From an uncultured Gammaproteobacteria bacterium (lineage in GTDB: Bacteria; Pseudomonadota; Gammaproteobacteria; UBA9214): a stretch of 64,000 nucleotides of DNA. Positions 9,377 through 18,745 of this stretch are shown here, piece by piece. The stretch lies in assembly GCA_963748215.1 (NCBI GenBank), contig CAVVHS010000003.1:128001-192000 (forward strand), written 5' to 3'. The first letter of the stretch is position 1. Each line of letters opens with the position of its first letter. The notes beneath the pieces are model-generated. The model ran no database searches. It was given only the letters and a program-made list of their open reading frames with translations, and was not told the origin of the DNA. The position numbers and the translations under genes are program-made.

Positions 9377-9904
9377 TTAACCGGACCCTTTAACCTTTAG
9401 CCGGTTATTGATATCGCGGTTTTGACGAACAGGTTCATTGCCTTCAAAGTTTTGCGACGATTTGGTCAGCCTGTCGTAAAGAACAACGGTCACCGTTGCG
9501 GCCAGGTTCATGCAGCCTGTGGTAGGTACGTAAACGACTGCATTCGCCCTGTCGATCACGTCCTGGCTGATCGCACCATCTTCGGGGCCGAAGATATAGA
9601 AAGCATTGTGCGGGTGCTGATACCCGGGTAAGGGTGTCGCGTTTTCGGCAAATTCAACACAGACGATTTCCATATCCCCGGGCACATCGTCAAGCAGGCA
9701 TGCCACTCCGGACAGGGGGATGTCCTGGCTTACCTTGCGACGCATATTCGGCGCATATGAATTGCGCTGTATAGCGAGCGGGTAACGTGTCCCGGTATAA
9801 ATAACACCATCGGCGCGAAAGTTGCCGGCAGCACGCATGACCGCGCCCACATTGTCCGGACTTTTCGGATTGATCAATCCAATGAAGACTTTTGATGTTT
9901 TCAT
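9377..9904 (-). CDS. TrmH/SpoU-family RNA methyltransferase
   Basis: NPKSPDNVGAVMRAAG, YIFGPEDG, CMNLAATV SPOUT motifs. Confidence 0.92.
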   Translation of the reverse strand: MKTSKVFIGLINPKSPDNVGAVMRAAGNFRADGVIYTGTRYPLAIQRNSYAPNMRRKVSQDIPLSGVACLLDDVPGDMEIVCVEFAENATPLPGYQHPHNAFYIFGPEDGAISQDVIDRANAVVYVPTTGCMNLAATVTVVLYDRLTKSSQNFEGNEPVRQNRDINNRLKVKGSG

Positions 9905-10053
9905 TTGCCGGGCTGGAAATGGGATAAAAATGGGTTGGAGAGCTTCTCGTTTACCGGATGCGTTTGAACGCATTGTCGATGAAGACCGGAAAAAAAGGGC
10001 GGAGGTATTGACTATTATTTCCTGCGTTCCCTTTTGCCTGTCCCCTCGGCAAG

Positions 10054-10338
10054 CTATGGGCCCTGCTCTTCGTTCTCGAGCGCCCTTGCTGTTATCTGGT
10101 CGTAGAGGTGGACCACCCGGGTGCAGAAATTATGCAGTTCCGGATGGCCTTCCGTCATTGGCAAGGTACGCGAGGCATCGTCAATGACTCTGCCGAGAAA
10201 CTCGATGTCCGCATCGCTTAGTGCGCCGTTGTTATCCACTTTTTCCTTGAGCGCAAGAAGCGTCGGGAGCCGCTGCGCCTCGAACCGCTTCAGGAGCGCC
10301 AGTATGATTCCCGCATCTCTTTCTGATAACCCAGACAT
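10054..10338 (-). CDS. Hypothetical helical protein (94 aa)
   Basis: GGAGGGG RBS; RFEAQRLPTLLALKEKVD protein-like sequence. Confidence 0.75.
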   Translation of the reverse strand: MSGLSERDAGIILALLKRFEAQRLPTLLALKEKVDNNGALSDADIEFLGRVIDDASRTLPMTEGHPELHNFCTRVVHLYDQITARALENEEQGP

Positions 10339-10568
10339 AGTCTTTCCCCTCCGCCGGATAGTTCTGCCATTTGTTGTTGTAGTTCAGGTGCTTGTTGATG
10401 GATTGATTTGAATTGCCCCATTTCGCAGTCCTGTCATGCTCCGGATGAATCGTGGCATTCATTTATTACCCTGCCTGATTTATAGTTTAGCTCAGGGGTG
10501 GGCTATAGTTTACTAAAACCAGTCGAGCGAGCGCTTGATACCGGTTAATAAAAACATGGGGGTGTTCA

Positions 10569-11618
10569 ATGAAGAATTTGGTAAGCCAGGTGTTTTCCGG
10601 CACCATCGGGTCAATGCGCCGGAAATTAGACGCAAGGGAGTCCGTTCGCAAGGAGTCGGTACGCATAAAGGAGACCCTCGAAAGGGTGGTGGAGGGTGTC
10701 GATCCCACGATCCGGTACGTCCGCGGCTACCAAAGGAAACTGTACGACGCGATCACAGCCTCGCTGGATTATACCAATCAGCTTATTGCGGAAATCCCCG
10801 GCGCCATAGGCGTCAGTCGGACGACCTTCGTCGCCGACCCCTATGTGAACGCCTTCTTTGTAAACGTAAAGGATTTGCAGACAGTCTTTAGCCACAGCTC
10901 CGAAATACGGGAGTTCATGGAGGATTACCGCAGCTATGAAATGTCGCATTGCTATGCGCTCCTGTGTATGCACAAGTCAGAAAAAACAGTCATGGGAGTG
11001 GAGCTTGAAGGCGATGTACTGAGACATGACGTTCCGCAGACTGCCGTCTGCTTCTCGGATCACCGGATCTATACACCTGCCCCGACCGAGGCCGAAACCC
11101 GGCAGGGCCTCAAGAACTGTCTGTTCGAAGGGCTGGGTACAAATGCGCTTGGGCGCATCATGTCACTGAAGGTGAGGAACCACCGCCTGCAGCAGGAACG
11201 TCAGATACTGAATACAAGGTTAAGGCGCCTCCAGCAAAGAATGGGGGATACAGGCGAACAGACTCCGATTGATTCCAGATCGGCGGGTGAGGCGGACGCA
11301 ATCAGGGACAAGTTGAAAAAGGTTGAGGAAGCGCTCCTGAATTCCCGGCTGGTCGCGCCGGAAGAGTCGCTCAAACAGGTGTACGCCGTGTTCAATCGTC
11401 CGGATGATTTCATCCAAATTCGAAAGACATCGCTCCGATTGAACAAGATGGGCATCAAGATCGACGAGCATTCATCCCAGTCATGCAACAAGATCGACCT
11501 GACCGAAGTGACAATCGGTGAAGAGTTGCCCCGCGTCGTGACGCTGGCGAAATTTCCGCGGGATGAACTGCTCCCCCCGACAGAATTTCTCGCGCAAAAA
11601 CCTTCTCATGATTCCTGA
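10569..11618 (+). CDS. Hypothetical protein with C-terminal coiled coil (349 aa)
   Basis: Long ORF with RBS; no family recognised. Confidence 0.8.
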   Translation: MKNLVSQVFSGTIGSMRRKLDARESVRKESVRIKETLERVVEGVDPTIRYVRGYQRKLYDAITASLDYTNQLIAEIPGAIGVSRTTFVADPYVNAFFVNVKDLQTVFSHSSEIREFMEDYRSYEMSHCYALLCMHKSEKTVMGVELEGDVLRHDVPQTAVCFSDHRIYTPAPTEAETRQGLKNCLFEGLGTNALGRIMSLKVRNHRLQQERQILNTRLRRLQQRMGDTGEQTPIDSRSAGEADAIRDKLKKVEEALLNSRLVAPEESLKQVYAVFNRPDDFIQIRKTSLRLNKMGIKIDEHSSQSCNKIDLTEVTIGEELPRVVTLAKFPRDELLPPTEFLAQKPSHDS

Positions 11619-11624
11619 ATAGAC

Positions 11625-11748
11625 GGGGTCAGAGCATAATTTTCTTTAATATTAGCGAACCCCTGATTGATTCACTCATGGTCATCCCGGCATGCGCCGG
11701 GATGACGAATTCATCAGAGATTCCTTAGGACTAATTGTGCTCTGACCC
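11625..11748. repeat. Subfamily A palindrome interrupted by a MITE-like insert
   Basis: GGGGTCAGAGCATAATT...AATTGTGCTCTGACCC with a 69-bp insert at the central TTAG. Confidence 0.85.
11656..11724. mobile_element. 69-bp MITE-like insert with IS5-like ends
   Basis: Imperfect terminal IRs CGAACCCCTGAT / ATCAGAGATTCC, TTAG direct repeats on both sides, internal hairpin GTCATCCCGGC-ATGC-GCCGGGATGAC. Confidence 0.65.
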
Positions 11749-11783
11749 ACGGCTGTCCCACATGCTCCCTCTCCCCACGGGAC

Positions 11784-11914
11784 GACTGCATGGATGCATG
11801 ACTACGTCGATGGACTCGGCAGGGCGAAGCAGGAGAAGGTGAGATCGCGCAGCGATCGAGAGACTGGCCTGGGCCATGCCAGGGCCGAGAGCAACGCATG
11901 GAGCAATTGCCGAG
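11784..11914 (+). repeat. Structured ANGGA-loop element, copy 1 (possible ncRNA)
   Basis: Four conserved blocks shared with 38250-38391. Confidence 0.75.
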
Positions 11915-12193
11915 AATGGACGCACTGTTCTTGCAGTGATGCATAGGTTTCATGTCCTGTCGCTATGAACTACTCCGTGCAACGCGTACATTCATTGACT
12001 TGCTGTGCTTTCAGTCAAAGAATGTGGAACAGCAGTGGCTCTGCCCCCGATTGTTTTGCTGCACATGTAATACGAATGTATTAGTACTCTTTTCTGATGA
12101 TTATAAACTCGCTTGTGTATGTGACGGACGCTATAGTTTCGGCGTGTCATTACGGATAGCTTGGCGATACTAATCAGCTGAAGGAGGTCTGAT

Positions 12194-14293
12194 ATGAAAT
12201 TACCCTTTGCGGAGCCGGATCCTGCAGGTTCGGAACGTGCACGTTTGGCCAGACAAATCCGCGATCTCGCCACCGAAGTTTCGCGTCTGCAACCGCAGGC
12301 GCTGACGCGCAGTAACGGCGAAGAAGCAGACCATGCAGACCGCTACCCTGCGAATTTTACCAAGGGCCTGCTGCATGACCACTGGGGCATTCTGAAGCAC
12401 AACGCCGACTATCACTGTTTTGTCGAGGCGATCAATTCGCCGGATCGCACACTGTTTGAAAAGCACGTCGCAACAGCCAAAACGCACCATGTGGAATATC
12501 ACTGCAAGAAAAAGACTACTTGCAAGGGAAAGATAGACGTCGAGTGGCGTGGCTGGGAAAGTCCGCGTGCCGGCCATGTGTACGAACTGGAGGGCCCGGA
12601 TTCCGGTGCCGTCGGCATGGCGCCGGCACCCCGTGTCGGTTCCAGCGAGCTGGCCGCCGAGATGGCCGAGGTGTATGGCCTTGCGTTACTGCGCGATGTG
12701 CCGTTTACCACGATCTGCTCTGGCGGGGATCAACAGCTGTGTGCCAGTGCATCGAAGCCGGGCAAGTCAATTCTGTCGGCTGCACAGATCGTCAAGCTGC
12801 TGAACAGCATGCCTTTCTATTCCGGCAAAAAACGGGTTTCCTCGACCCCGTGTACCGTTGATGACAGCGACCTCAATCGTTTCGAGCGCAATCGGCGCCA
12901 TGCCCGCACGCTGTCCGATGACGGCAGCCTGAGTCCGGAAACAGCGTTCCGTGGTTCAACCAAAGGTGCCCAGACCGGGCCGTACATCTCGCAGTTCATG
13001 CTGATCGGCAGCGCATCGGTGGCCTGCGACGGGGGCGGGGCAGCCAGCTACCCGGCACTGAATGCGGCATTCGACCTGCAGGATGGTTACATCCCCTATG
13101 GCTCGCTGATTGTCGACCAGCGCGCCCTGTCGCACAAGAATTGCCTGGACTACATGACCGACTGGTGCAGCTGGCTGGATGTGCAGAACGGGGCAAACCT
13201 GAAAAATGCTGATTTATTTGAACGCGGCCGGCGGTTCATTACCACACCGCGTGATCTTGCCACTTATGTGCATTATGACGCACTGTACGAGGCGTACCTG
13301 AATGCCTGCCTGATCATGCTGGCGATGGGGGTGCCGCACTCAAAGGGCTTCCCGGAACCCAGTCCATCCGGGCATCGCGATGCCTTCGCCACCTTTGGCG
13401 GGCCACACATCCTGTCCCTGGTCACCGAAGTGGCGACGCGTTGTCTGAAGGCGGTGCGGCGCCAGAAGTTCAACTACCATCGTCGTGCGCGACCCGAGGC
13501 CATGGGCGGTCGGTTCACGTTGTCCTGCCTTGGCAAGGGCGAGAAGCTGGGTTGCGCCGCGCCGGCGTTTGCCGGCATGCTTGCCGAAATACCTGCCGCC
13601 CTGCAGCAGGCTTTGGCCCAACACAACAAGCTGCAGAACGGCGCGCGCATGCAGAAAATGCGTCAACTCCACTGTGGTGGCGACAGCTGCCTGCCGCGCG
13701 GCATCACGCCAGCGGCCTTTGACAAGTGCAACCTGTTGTTGCCGATGGCCTTTCCGGAAGGTTCGCCGATGCACCCCGCCTATGGTGCAGGACATGCGAC
13801 GGTCGCCGGTGGTTGCGTGACGATGCTCAAGGCATTTTTCGAAATGTTCGAAGACTGCGACAGCGGCAGCGAGCGGAAACTCCTCGATGGCGATGGCAAG
13901 CCGATTGTGTATGTGCCGAACAGTGATGGATCGCGGCTCGTCAGGGACCGCAAGTTCAAGGGGGCGCTGACCATCCAGGGTGAGCTCGACAAACTGGCGG
14001 CGAATATTTCCATCGGGCGCAATATGGCAGGCGTCCATTATTACTCGGATTACTATGACTCGTTACGCATGGGTGAGCGCGTCGCCGTCGGGATACTGCT
14101 GCAGCAGGCGCCGACCTACGGTGATGCCGTCGATACCAGTTTCAAGAGTTTTGACGGAGACCTGGTCACTATCAGTGGCGAGGCGGGCAGCTGTCCTTCG
14201 CTTTCTGTCATGGACCGCGATGGTAACCCGGTAACACCGGCCGACTGGTGGCTGCGTCACGTCAGCGGTCAGGAGTTTACCGAAGACCTGTAA
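12194..14293 (+). CDS. Vanadium-dependent haloperoxidase (bromoperoxidase type)
   Basis: KFNYHRRARPEA, SPMHPAYGAGHATVAG, IGRNMAGVHYYSD vanadate-binding motifs; RBS AAGGAGG. Confidence 0.93.
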   Translation: MKLPFAEPDPAGSERARLARQIRDLATEVSRLQPQALTRSNGEEADHADRYPANFTKGLLHDHWGILKHNADYHCFVEAINSPDRTLFEKHVATAKTHHVEYHCKKKTTCKGKIDVEWRGWESPRAGHVYELEGPDSGAVGMAPAPRVGSSELAAEMAEVYGLALLRDVPFTTICSGGDQQLCASASKPGKSILSAAQIVKLLNSMPFYSGKKRVSSTPCTVDDSDLNRFERNRRHARTLSDDGSLSPETAFRGSTKGAQTGPYISQFMLIGSASVACDGGGAASYPALNAAFDLQDGYIPYGSLIVDQRALSHKNCLDYMTDWCSWLDVQNGANLKNADLFERGRRFITTPRDLATYVHYDALYEAYLNACLIMLAMGVPHSKGFPEPSPSGHRDAFATFGGPHILSLVTEVATRCLKAVRRQKFNYHRRARPEAMGGRFTLSCLGKGEKLGCAAPAFAGMLAEIPAALQQALAQHNKLQNGARMQKMRQLHCGGDSCLPRGITPAAFDKCNLLLPMAFPEGSPMHPAYGAGHATVAGGCVTMLKAFFEMFEDCDSGSERKLLDGDGKPIVYVPNSDGSRLVRDRKFKGALTIQGELDKLAANISIGRNMAGVHYYSDYYDSLRMGERVAVGILLQQAPTYGDAVDTSFKSFDGDLVTISGEAGSCPSLSVMDRDGNPVTPADWWLRHVSGQEFTEDL

Positions 14294-14300
14294 TCACAAA

Positions 14301-14339
14301 AGGGGGCGGAGGGTTCAATACATAATCCATCCGTCCCCT
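14301..14339. repeat. Palindromic element, subfamily C (may also act as terminator)
   Basis: AGGGGGCGGAGGG...CCATCCGTCCCCT. Confidence 0.7.
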
Positions 14340-14365
14340 GTTTACGCAGTGCGTCAGGGCGCGGC

Positions 14366-15112
14366 TTAGAAATGACCGCGCATCACCGCGACCAGCCACA
14401 GCAGGCTGCTGCCGATGACGCCCGCCAGCGCGAGGTTCATCAGGGTGCGCCAGCCGTTATCGAGCGGTTGCAGGATTTCGAACTCCTTCAGGTAAATCGT
14501 CTCGCAGGCCCCGTTGCCTTTATCGCTGCGGGTGGTGCTGGTGCCCCTGGAAAATCCCGCGTCATTGGAATAATTGACCAGCCAGCCGCGGATCCGGACC
14601 TGGTCACCGATGCGCACCCGTTTGATCTGCTTGCGCAGGCGGACGTCGTCCGTCAACAGGTGGTTGTTGGATATCTGGTCTTGCCTGAAGCGTTCCCAGG
14701 TGCCCGCATCATCGGTCTGGAAGTTGCAGGTAAATTTCCCGTTCCAGAACTTGATGCGGTTCAGGTCGGAACCGCTGGTATTGTCGCTCCAGACCACGCA
14801 CACATCGGCGACGTTGATATGGTCATTCCACAGGCGGTGCAGGCTGTAGTTGCCGTTATGGTGTGCGTAGGAAACCACCAGGCCATGCAGGTCATACTGG
14901 TAATGCGGCTCGATACGGTAGTCAGTGCCGTTATTCGCAACCGTGAAGGGCTGCATGCTGACGGCGCGCTGTAGCGGCGGCGCCAGCAAGGCCGGTGCGA
15001 CAGACAGGTCTACGGGGAACTCGTTGCGCTGCCAGCAGGATGCCAGCAGCAACAGCAGGCTGGTATAGAAAACCAGTTTATTGATCGATTTGAGCGGGTT
15101 TGACTGGTGCAT
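14366..15112 (-). CDS. Hypothetical lipoprotein with C-terminal TM helix
   Basis: LLLLASC lipobox; SNNHL and GACE motifs; hydrophobic tail. Confidence 0.8.
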   Translation of the reverse strand: MHQSNPLKSINKLVFYTSLLLLLASCWQRNEFPVDLSVAPALLAPPLQRAVSMQPFTVANNGTDYRIEPHYQYDLHGLVVSYAHHNGNYSLHRLWNDHINVADVCVVWSDNTSGSDLNRIKFWNGKFTCNFQTDDAGTWERFRQDQISNNHLLTDDVRLRKQIKRVRIGDQVRIRGWLVNYSNDAGFSRGTSTTRSDKGNGACETIYLKEFEILQPLDNGWRTLMNLALAGVIGSSLLWLVAVMRGHF

Positions 15113-15139
15113 GGCAGGGCTGGCCCGGTTCGAAACTTT

Positions 15140-15180
15140 CAGGGGATGGAAGGATTAAATGCTGTTCCCTCAGTCCCCTG
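15140..15180. repeat. Palindromic element, subfamily C
   Basis: CAGGGGATGGAAGGA...TCCCTCAGTCCCCTG. Confidence 0.65.
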
Positions 15181-15195
15181 TGTTCACTGCCGGCC

Positions 15196-16080
15196 TCAGC
15201 GCTGCGTCAGCTTGTCGGTGGGCAGGATCATATCGAAACCGTGCATATTGGCCGGTACCACGATGGTATTGGCACCGGTCTCCGCAAACTTCTGCAGCGT
15301 AAGGTTGAGTTCGTGCTGCAGGTACTCGGACGTCAGGGTCTTGTTGATGATGCCATTGGCCCTGGCAACGCCTTCGGCGCGGATGGCCTCGATCTCGGCA
15401 TTCTTGCGTTCGATTTCTACCATGACCTGTTTGGCTTCCAGCCGTTTCTGGTTGGCAACCGCTTCTCGGATCGATTCCTCGATAGAGGGATCGGTAAGTA
15501 CCGAACGGATGACGACGCGGGTGACCGTGAATACGCCGGGGTCATTGCTGTCCAGTGTTTCCTGCAGGCGAAGCTTGATGGACCCGGCGATCTGGTCGCG
15601 TACCTTGTGCATGGTCAGCGAGTCAATCTCGGCAACCGTTTCATAGGTCGAGCGACGTGCCTCACGGAGAACCAGGTGGTAGGCCGGGAAATAGCTGTCG
15701 GACTCACCGTCGTAATAATGCGCGTTGGCATACTTGACGTACAGATCGGCGATTTGTGCGCTGTCCGCCTTGTAGAAGACCGTCACATCCATGTCACGCA
15801 GGGAGAGATTATCCGCCGCCTTGGGCGTCAGATCGACGAGATCGATCGCAATCTCCTTGCCGACAAACTCGGTAATCCGGGTGACCATGGGCACTTTCAG
15901 ATTCAGGCCGGGCGTGACTTCTTCCGGGTTGACCTTGCCGAGGGTCTTCCTGACGCCGACGTTGCCTGACTCGATCAGGACAATAGTGAAATAGAAAAAT
16001 GTGATTGCCAGGGCACTGGAAAATACCGTCGTGGCGGAACGCATGACCCGAATCTCCCTTGAAATACCCAGACTTTTCAT
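15196..16080 (-). CDS. SPFH/prohibitin (band 7) protein
   Basis: N-terminal TM, GNVGVRKTLGKV, PGLNLKVP, coiled coil AEIEAIRAEGVARAN. Confidence 0.9.
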   Translation of the reverse strand: MKSLGISREIRVMRSATTVFSSALAITFFYFTIVLIESGNVGVRKTLGKVNPEEVTPGLNLKVPMVTRITEFVGKEIAIDLVDLTPKAADNLSLRDMDVTVFYKADSAQIADLYVKYANAHYYDGESDSYFPAYHLVLREARRSTYETVAEIDSLTMHKVRDQIAGSIKLRLQETLDSNDPGVFTVTRVVIRSVLTDPSIEESIREAVANQKRLEAKQVMVEIERKNAEIEAIRAEGVARANGIINKTLTSEYLQHELNLTLQKFAETGANTIVVPANMHGFDMILPTDKLTQR

Positions 16081-16251
16081 GAACGACTCCGAAACCCCGC
16101 CCGATGCTTGCCGGGACGAGAAAAATCTCTATCAGGAAATGCTGTTCGGCCATTCACGGCATTTCTGAAATATCAGGAGAATCAACGGGGTTCACCAATA
16201 TGGTGGCCGGAGAAACTTTCACTCCAGGATAAAAGGGTGTCTGCGAAAAAT

Positions 16252-16288
16252 GGGACGGATGCTTTATAACAAAAATGTGTCCGGCCCC
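16252..16288. repeat. Palindromic element, subfamily B/C
   Basis: GGGACGGATGC...GTGTCCGGCCCC. Confidence 0.6.
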
Positions 16289-16314
16289 TGCTGACTGTTA
16301 AAACGACATCCTGT

Positions 16315-16791
16315 TCAGGGCAGAGTGATGAGGACATAGCCCAGTGCACGGTAGTCGTTGATCTGAGCGGGACCGGTGGCAGCCACATCGACATAATTTG
16401 GGAATTCCCCGGGGTCGACACCGAACCAGCCGGCGTAGGTGCCGCAGACGTGCAGGTCCACGTCCTTGCCGGTCACCATGTCCTCGGCAATGGCGTGCAG
16501 TTCAGGCTCCTTTGCCCTGTTCTCCGTGGTCAGGGCGAACTGTTCCTCGCCGTGGCTGACGACGGCGACCGGGAGCCCGGGGAAACGCGCGCGCAGGCGC
16601 TCGATGTCGGTGCGCAACCCGGGCAGCAATTTGCCCAGCCTGTCCGCATCGCCGCTGACGATTTCGAAGACGACGCCCGCAGGTGCCGCGTCGGCCGCAA
16701 GCAGCGCTGCAACATCGTCCGCCGCAACAGCACTCGCCTGGAAACCGCCAAGCACGGTCAGCAGGGTGATGGTAAAAAGTATTGCTTTCAT
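16315..16791 (-). CDS. Exported DsrE-family protein
   Basis: Signal peptide; VAVVSHGEE, LHVCGT, GPAQINDYRALGY. Confidence 0.85.
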   Translation of the reverse strand: MKAILFTITLLTVLGGFQASAVAADDVAALLAADAAPAGVVFEIVSGDADRLGKLLPGLRTDIERLRARFPGLPVAVVSHGEEQFALTTENRAKEPELHAIAEDMVTGKDVDLHVCGTYAGWFGVDPGEFPNYVDVAATGPAQINDYRALGYVLITLP

Positions 16792-17012
16792 TCTCGTGTA
16801 TCAGGGTTGAGTCAGTCTGCAGTTTACTTTGAATAATCAGGATCCGCATGCCCGGTCATTCCGGAGATTTCCTGTGCCTGCCGCGCTAGCTGTTGCCGGA
16901 TCTGACAGACAGGGCCTTGGATCTCCTGCCGGCAGGGAAAGTGTGCTCTGGCGCGACTTTCAAGCGTGATAACTGTCTCGGCATTGATTTGGCTGATGAC
17001 TAGAATTGCTCT

Positions 17013-18140
17013 ATGGCCCGCTCGTTTACCGCTGCAGATCCTGCCTGGAAAAGCCTTTCCATGCCGGCGCTGGCCTGGCGAAAGCCCTTCCTGCAGGCGG
17101 TCGGCGCATGGAGCCAGTCCCTGTCGGAATCTCATCCGCGCCTCTACCTGCTGTTTGCTGCCACCAGCGCGCTCGCCGGTTATCTGTGGCTTCTGCTGTT
17201 TCCGTGGCTCGTATTCGCCAGTGGCCATGGCCTCTATGAGGTGGTCAGCAGCGGTTCGGACATGGCCTGGGGCCGGGTGTTCACCTGGCTGGTCGTTGGT
17301 GCGTGCTCCGCCCTGGTCAGCTACCGCCTGTACAGGTTCAGGCCGGCGTTGTCCGCAGGCAATACCCTCGACAGCACGACACATTCGGCACTGTTCCGGC
17401 TGGTCGCGGACCAGTCCAGGCACTACCGCGGTACCCGCATCGACCACATCGTGCTGTCCAGTGACTTCGGCGTGGATATTCTGAAAACCCTGCGCTTTGC
17501 ACTGCCCGTGCGCACAACGACTACCCTCGTAATCGGTCAGCCACTGTTGCAGTGTCTGTCAGTGACCCGCTTTCAATGCGCCCTGGCGCGGCGGCTGGGT
17601 CAGTTCTCGATGCGTTACAACCGGCTGGAAAACTGGCTGTATCAACTGCGTGGCATATGGCCGCAGTACTGTGATCTGGCGAGCATGCAAGGGTTCGGTT
17701 ATCAGCCGGTCGCGTGGTTTTATGCTGTCTATGCGCCGGTCTACAACATGATCGCCGCGCCCGCGGCGTGCCTCGACGAACTGGCCGCGGACCACTATGC
17801 GATGGAGTTGTTCAGCGACGAGGAAGTGCTGGACACGATCACCACCCAGATGGTGTGCCAATACTACCTCAGGGAAAAATACTGGCCTGTCGTCAGGAAG
17901 TATGCGGCTAGGAATAGCCGGGTCCTGGACAAGATACATTCAGGCATGGCCTCGGTGTTGCGCGCCGGTCTGCAGGCTGACACTGTCGGCCACTGGCTTG
18001 CGCAGACCGTGTCTGCCGAAGACCGTTGCGGTGATACCGTCCCGTCCCTGGCAAGACGTATGGATAACATCGGGTTCGGGGGCACCCGGATGGATGTGCT
18101 CACATCCGAGCCTGCTGCCGGTGTCTACCTTGTGAAATAA
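17013..18140 (+). CDS. M48-peptidase-like membrane protein lacking HExxH
   Basis: Two TMs, LVIGQPLLQCLS..ALARRLGQ, ELAAD, PSLARR; M48-like layout. Confidence 0.7.
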   Translation: MARSFTAADPAWKSLSMPALAWRKPFLQAVGAWSQSLSESHPRLYLLFAATSALAGYLWLLLFPWLVFASGHGLYEVVSSGSDMAWGRVFTWLVVGACSALVSYRLYRFRPALSAGNTLDSTTHSALFRLVADQSRHYRGTRIDHIVLSSDFGVDILKTLRFALPVRTTTTLVIGQPLLQCLSVTRFQCALARRLGQFSMRYNRLENWLYQLRGIWPQYCDLASMQGFGYQPVAWFYAVYAPVYNMIAAPAACLDELAADHYAMELFSDEEVLDTITTQMVCQYYLREKYWPVVRKYAARNSRVLDKIHSGMASVLRAGLQADTVGHWLAQTVSAEDRCGDTVPSLARRMDNIGFGGTRMDVLTSEPAAGVYLVK

Positions 18141-18201
18141 AGGTTGCGGCAGGCAGCAGTATTCGGTCAGACGACCTGCCTGGCCTCATTCCGGCCGGGT
18201 G

Positions 18202-18675
18202 TTATTCGGGAAACCTGAAAGTGAAATAATCGCCCAGCGCCTCCTCGATCTGCGCCTGGGTGACCGGTCGCCCCTGAAGCGGCCAGTCGAAGTACTCGCA
18301 AACCATCGGCATGATCCCGGGCTGGCGCTCCGACTTCAGTCGGATGGTCTTGTAGAAACGCTTGGTATGCGGGTGGTTTTCCCACTCCTGCTGACTGCTG
18401 TAGGCGGTGATCAGGAAGGTGTCGGGCTGGATGACGCGGGGGCCGAGATCCCTGACCTCGAAACGACAGGCAACCTCGGAACTGCTGGCCGCCGGGAGAG
18501 GCTTCCCGTGCTGCAGCATGATATGCGCCCGCTGTGCCGGAATGGTCAGCTCCCGGTTCAGCACCAGTTTCGTGCCGGACGGCATCTTGAACCAGATCGA
18601 ACTGCGGTCGTCGGTCGCCATGGACTGGCAACCGGCCAGTAACAGGCAGACAATTATCAGGTAGCGTACCTTCAT
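18202..18675 (-). CDS. Hypothetical lipoprotein
   Basis: LLLAGC lipobox. Confidence 0.8.
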   Translation of the reverse strand: MKVRYLIIVCLLLAGCQSMATDDRSSIWFKMPSGTKLVLNRELTIPAQRAHIMLQHGKPLPAASSSEVACRFEVRDLGPRVIQPDTFLITAYSSQQEWENHPHTKRFYKTIRLKSERQPGIMPMVCEYFDWPLQGRPVTQAQIEEALGDYFTFRFPE

Positions 18676-18695
18676 ATCATCCATCCGCAGGGTTC

Positions 18696-18734
18696 AGGGG
18701 CCGGATACGGTATATAAAGAAGTACCCGGCCCCT
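18696..18734. repeat. Palindromic element, subfamily B (followed by T-run; may terminate)
   Basis: AGGGGCCGGATAC...GTACCCGGCCCCT. Confidence 0.75.
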
Positions 18735-18745
18735 TTTTTGCTGTG

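Noticed and set aside
2844-11748. Classical integron attC cassette array or pdif modules
   Set aside because: No RYYYAAC/GTTRRRY cores, genes in mixed orientation, no intI, no XerC/XerD arms; kept as a distinct palindrome-array finding.
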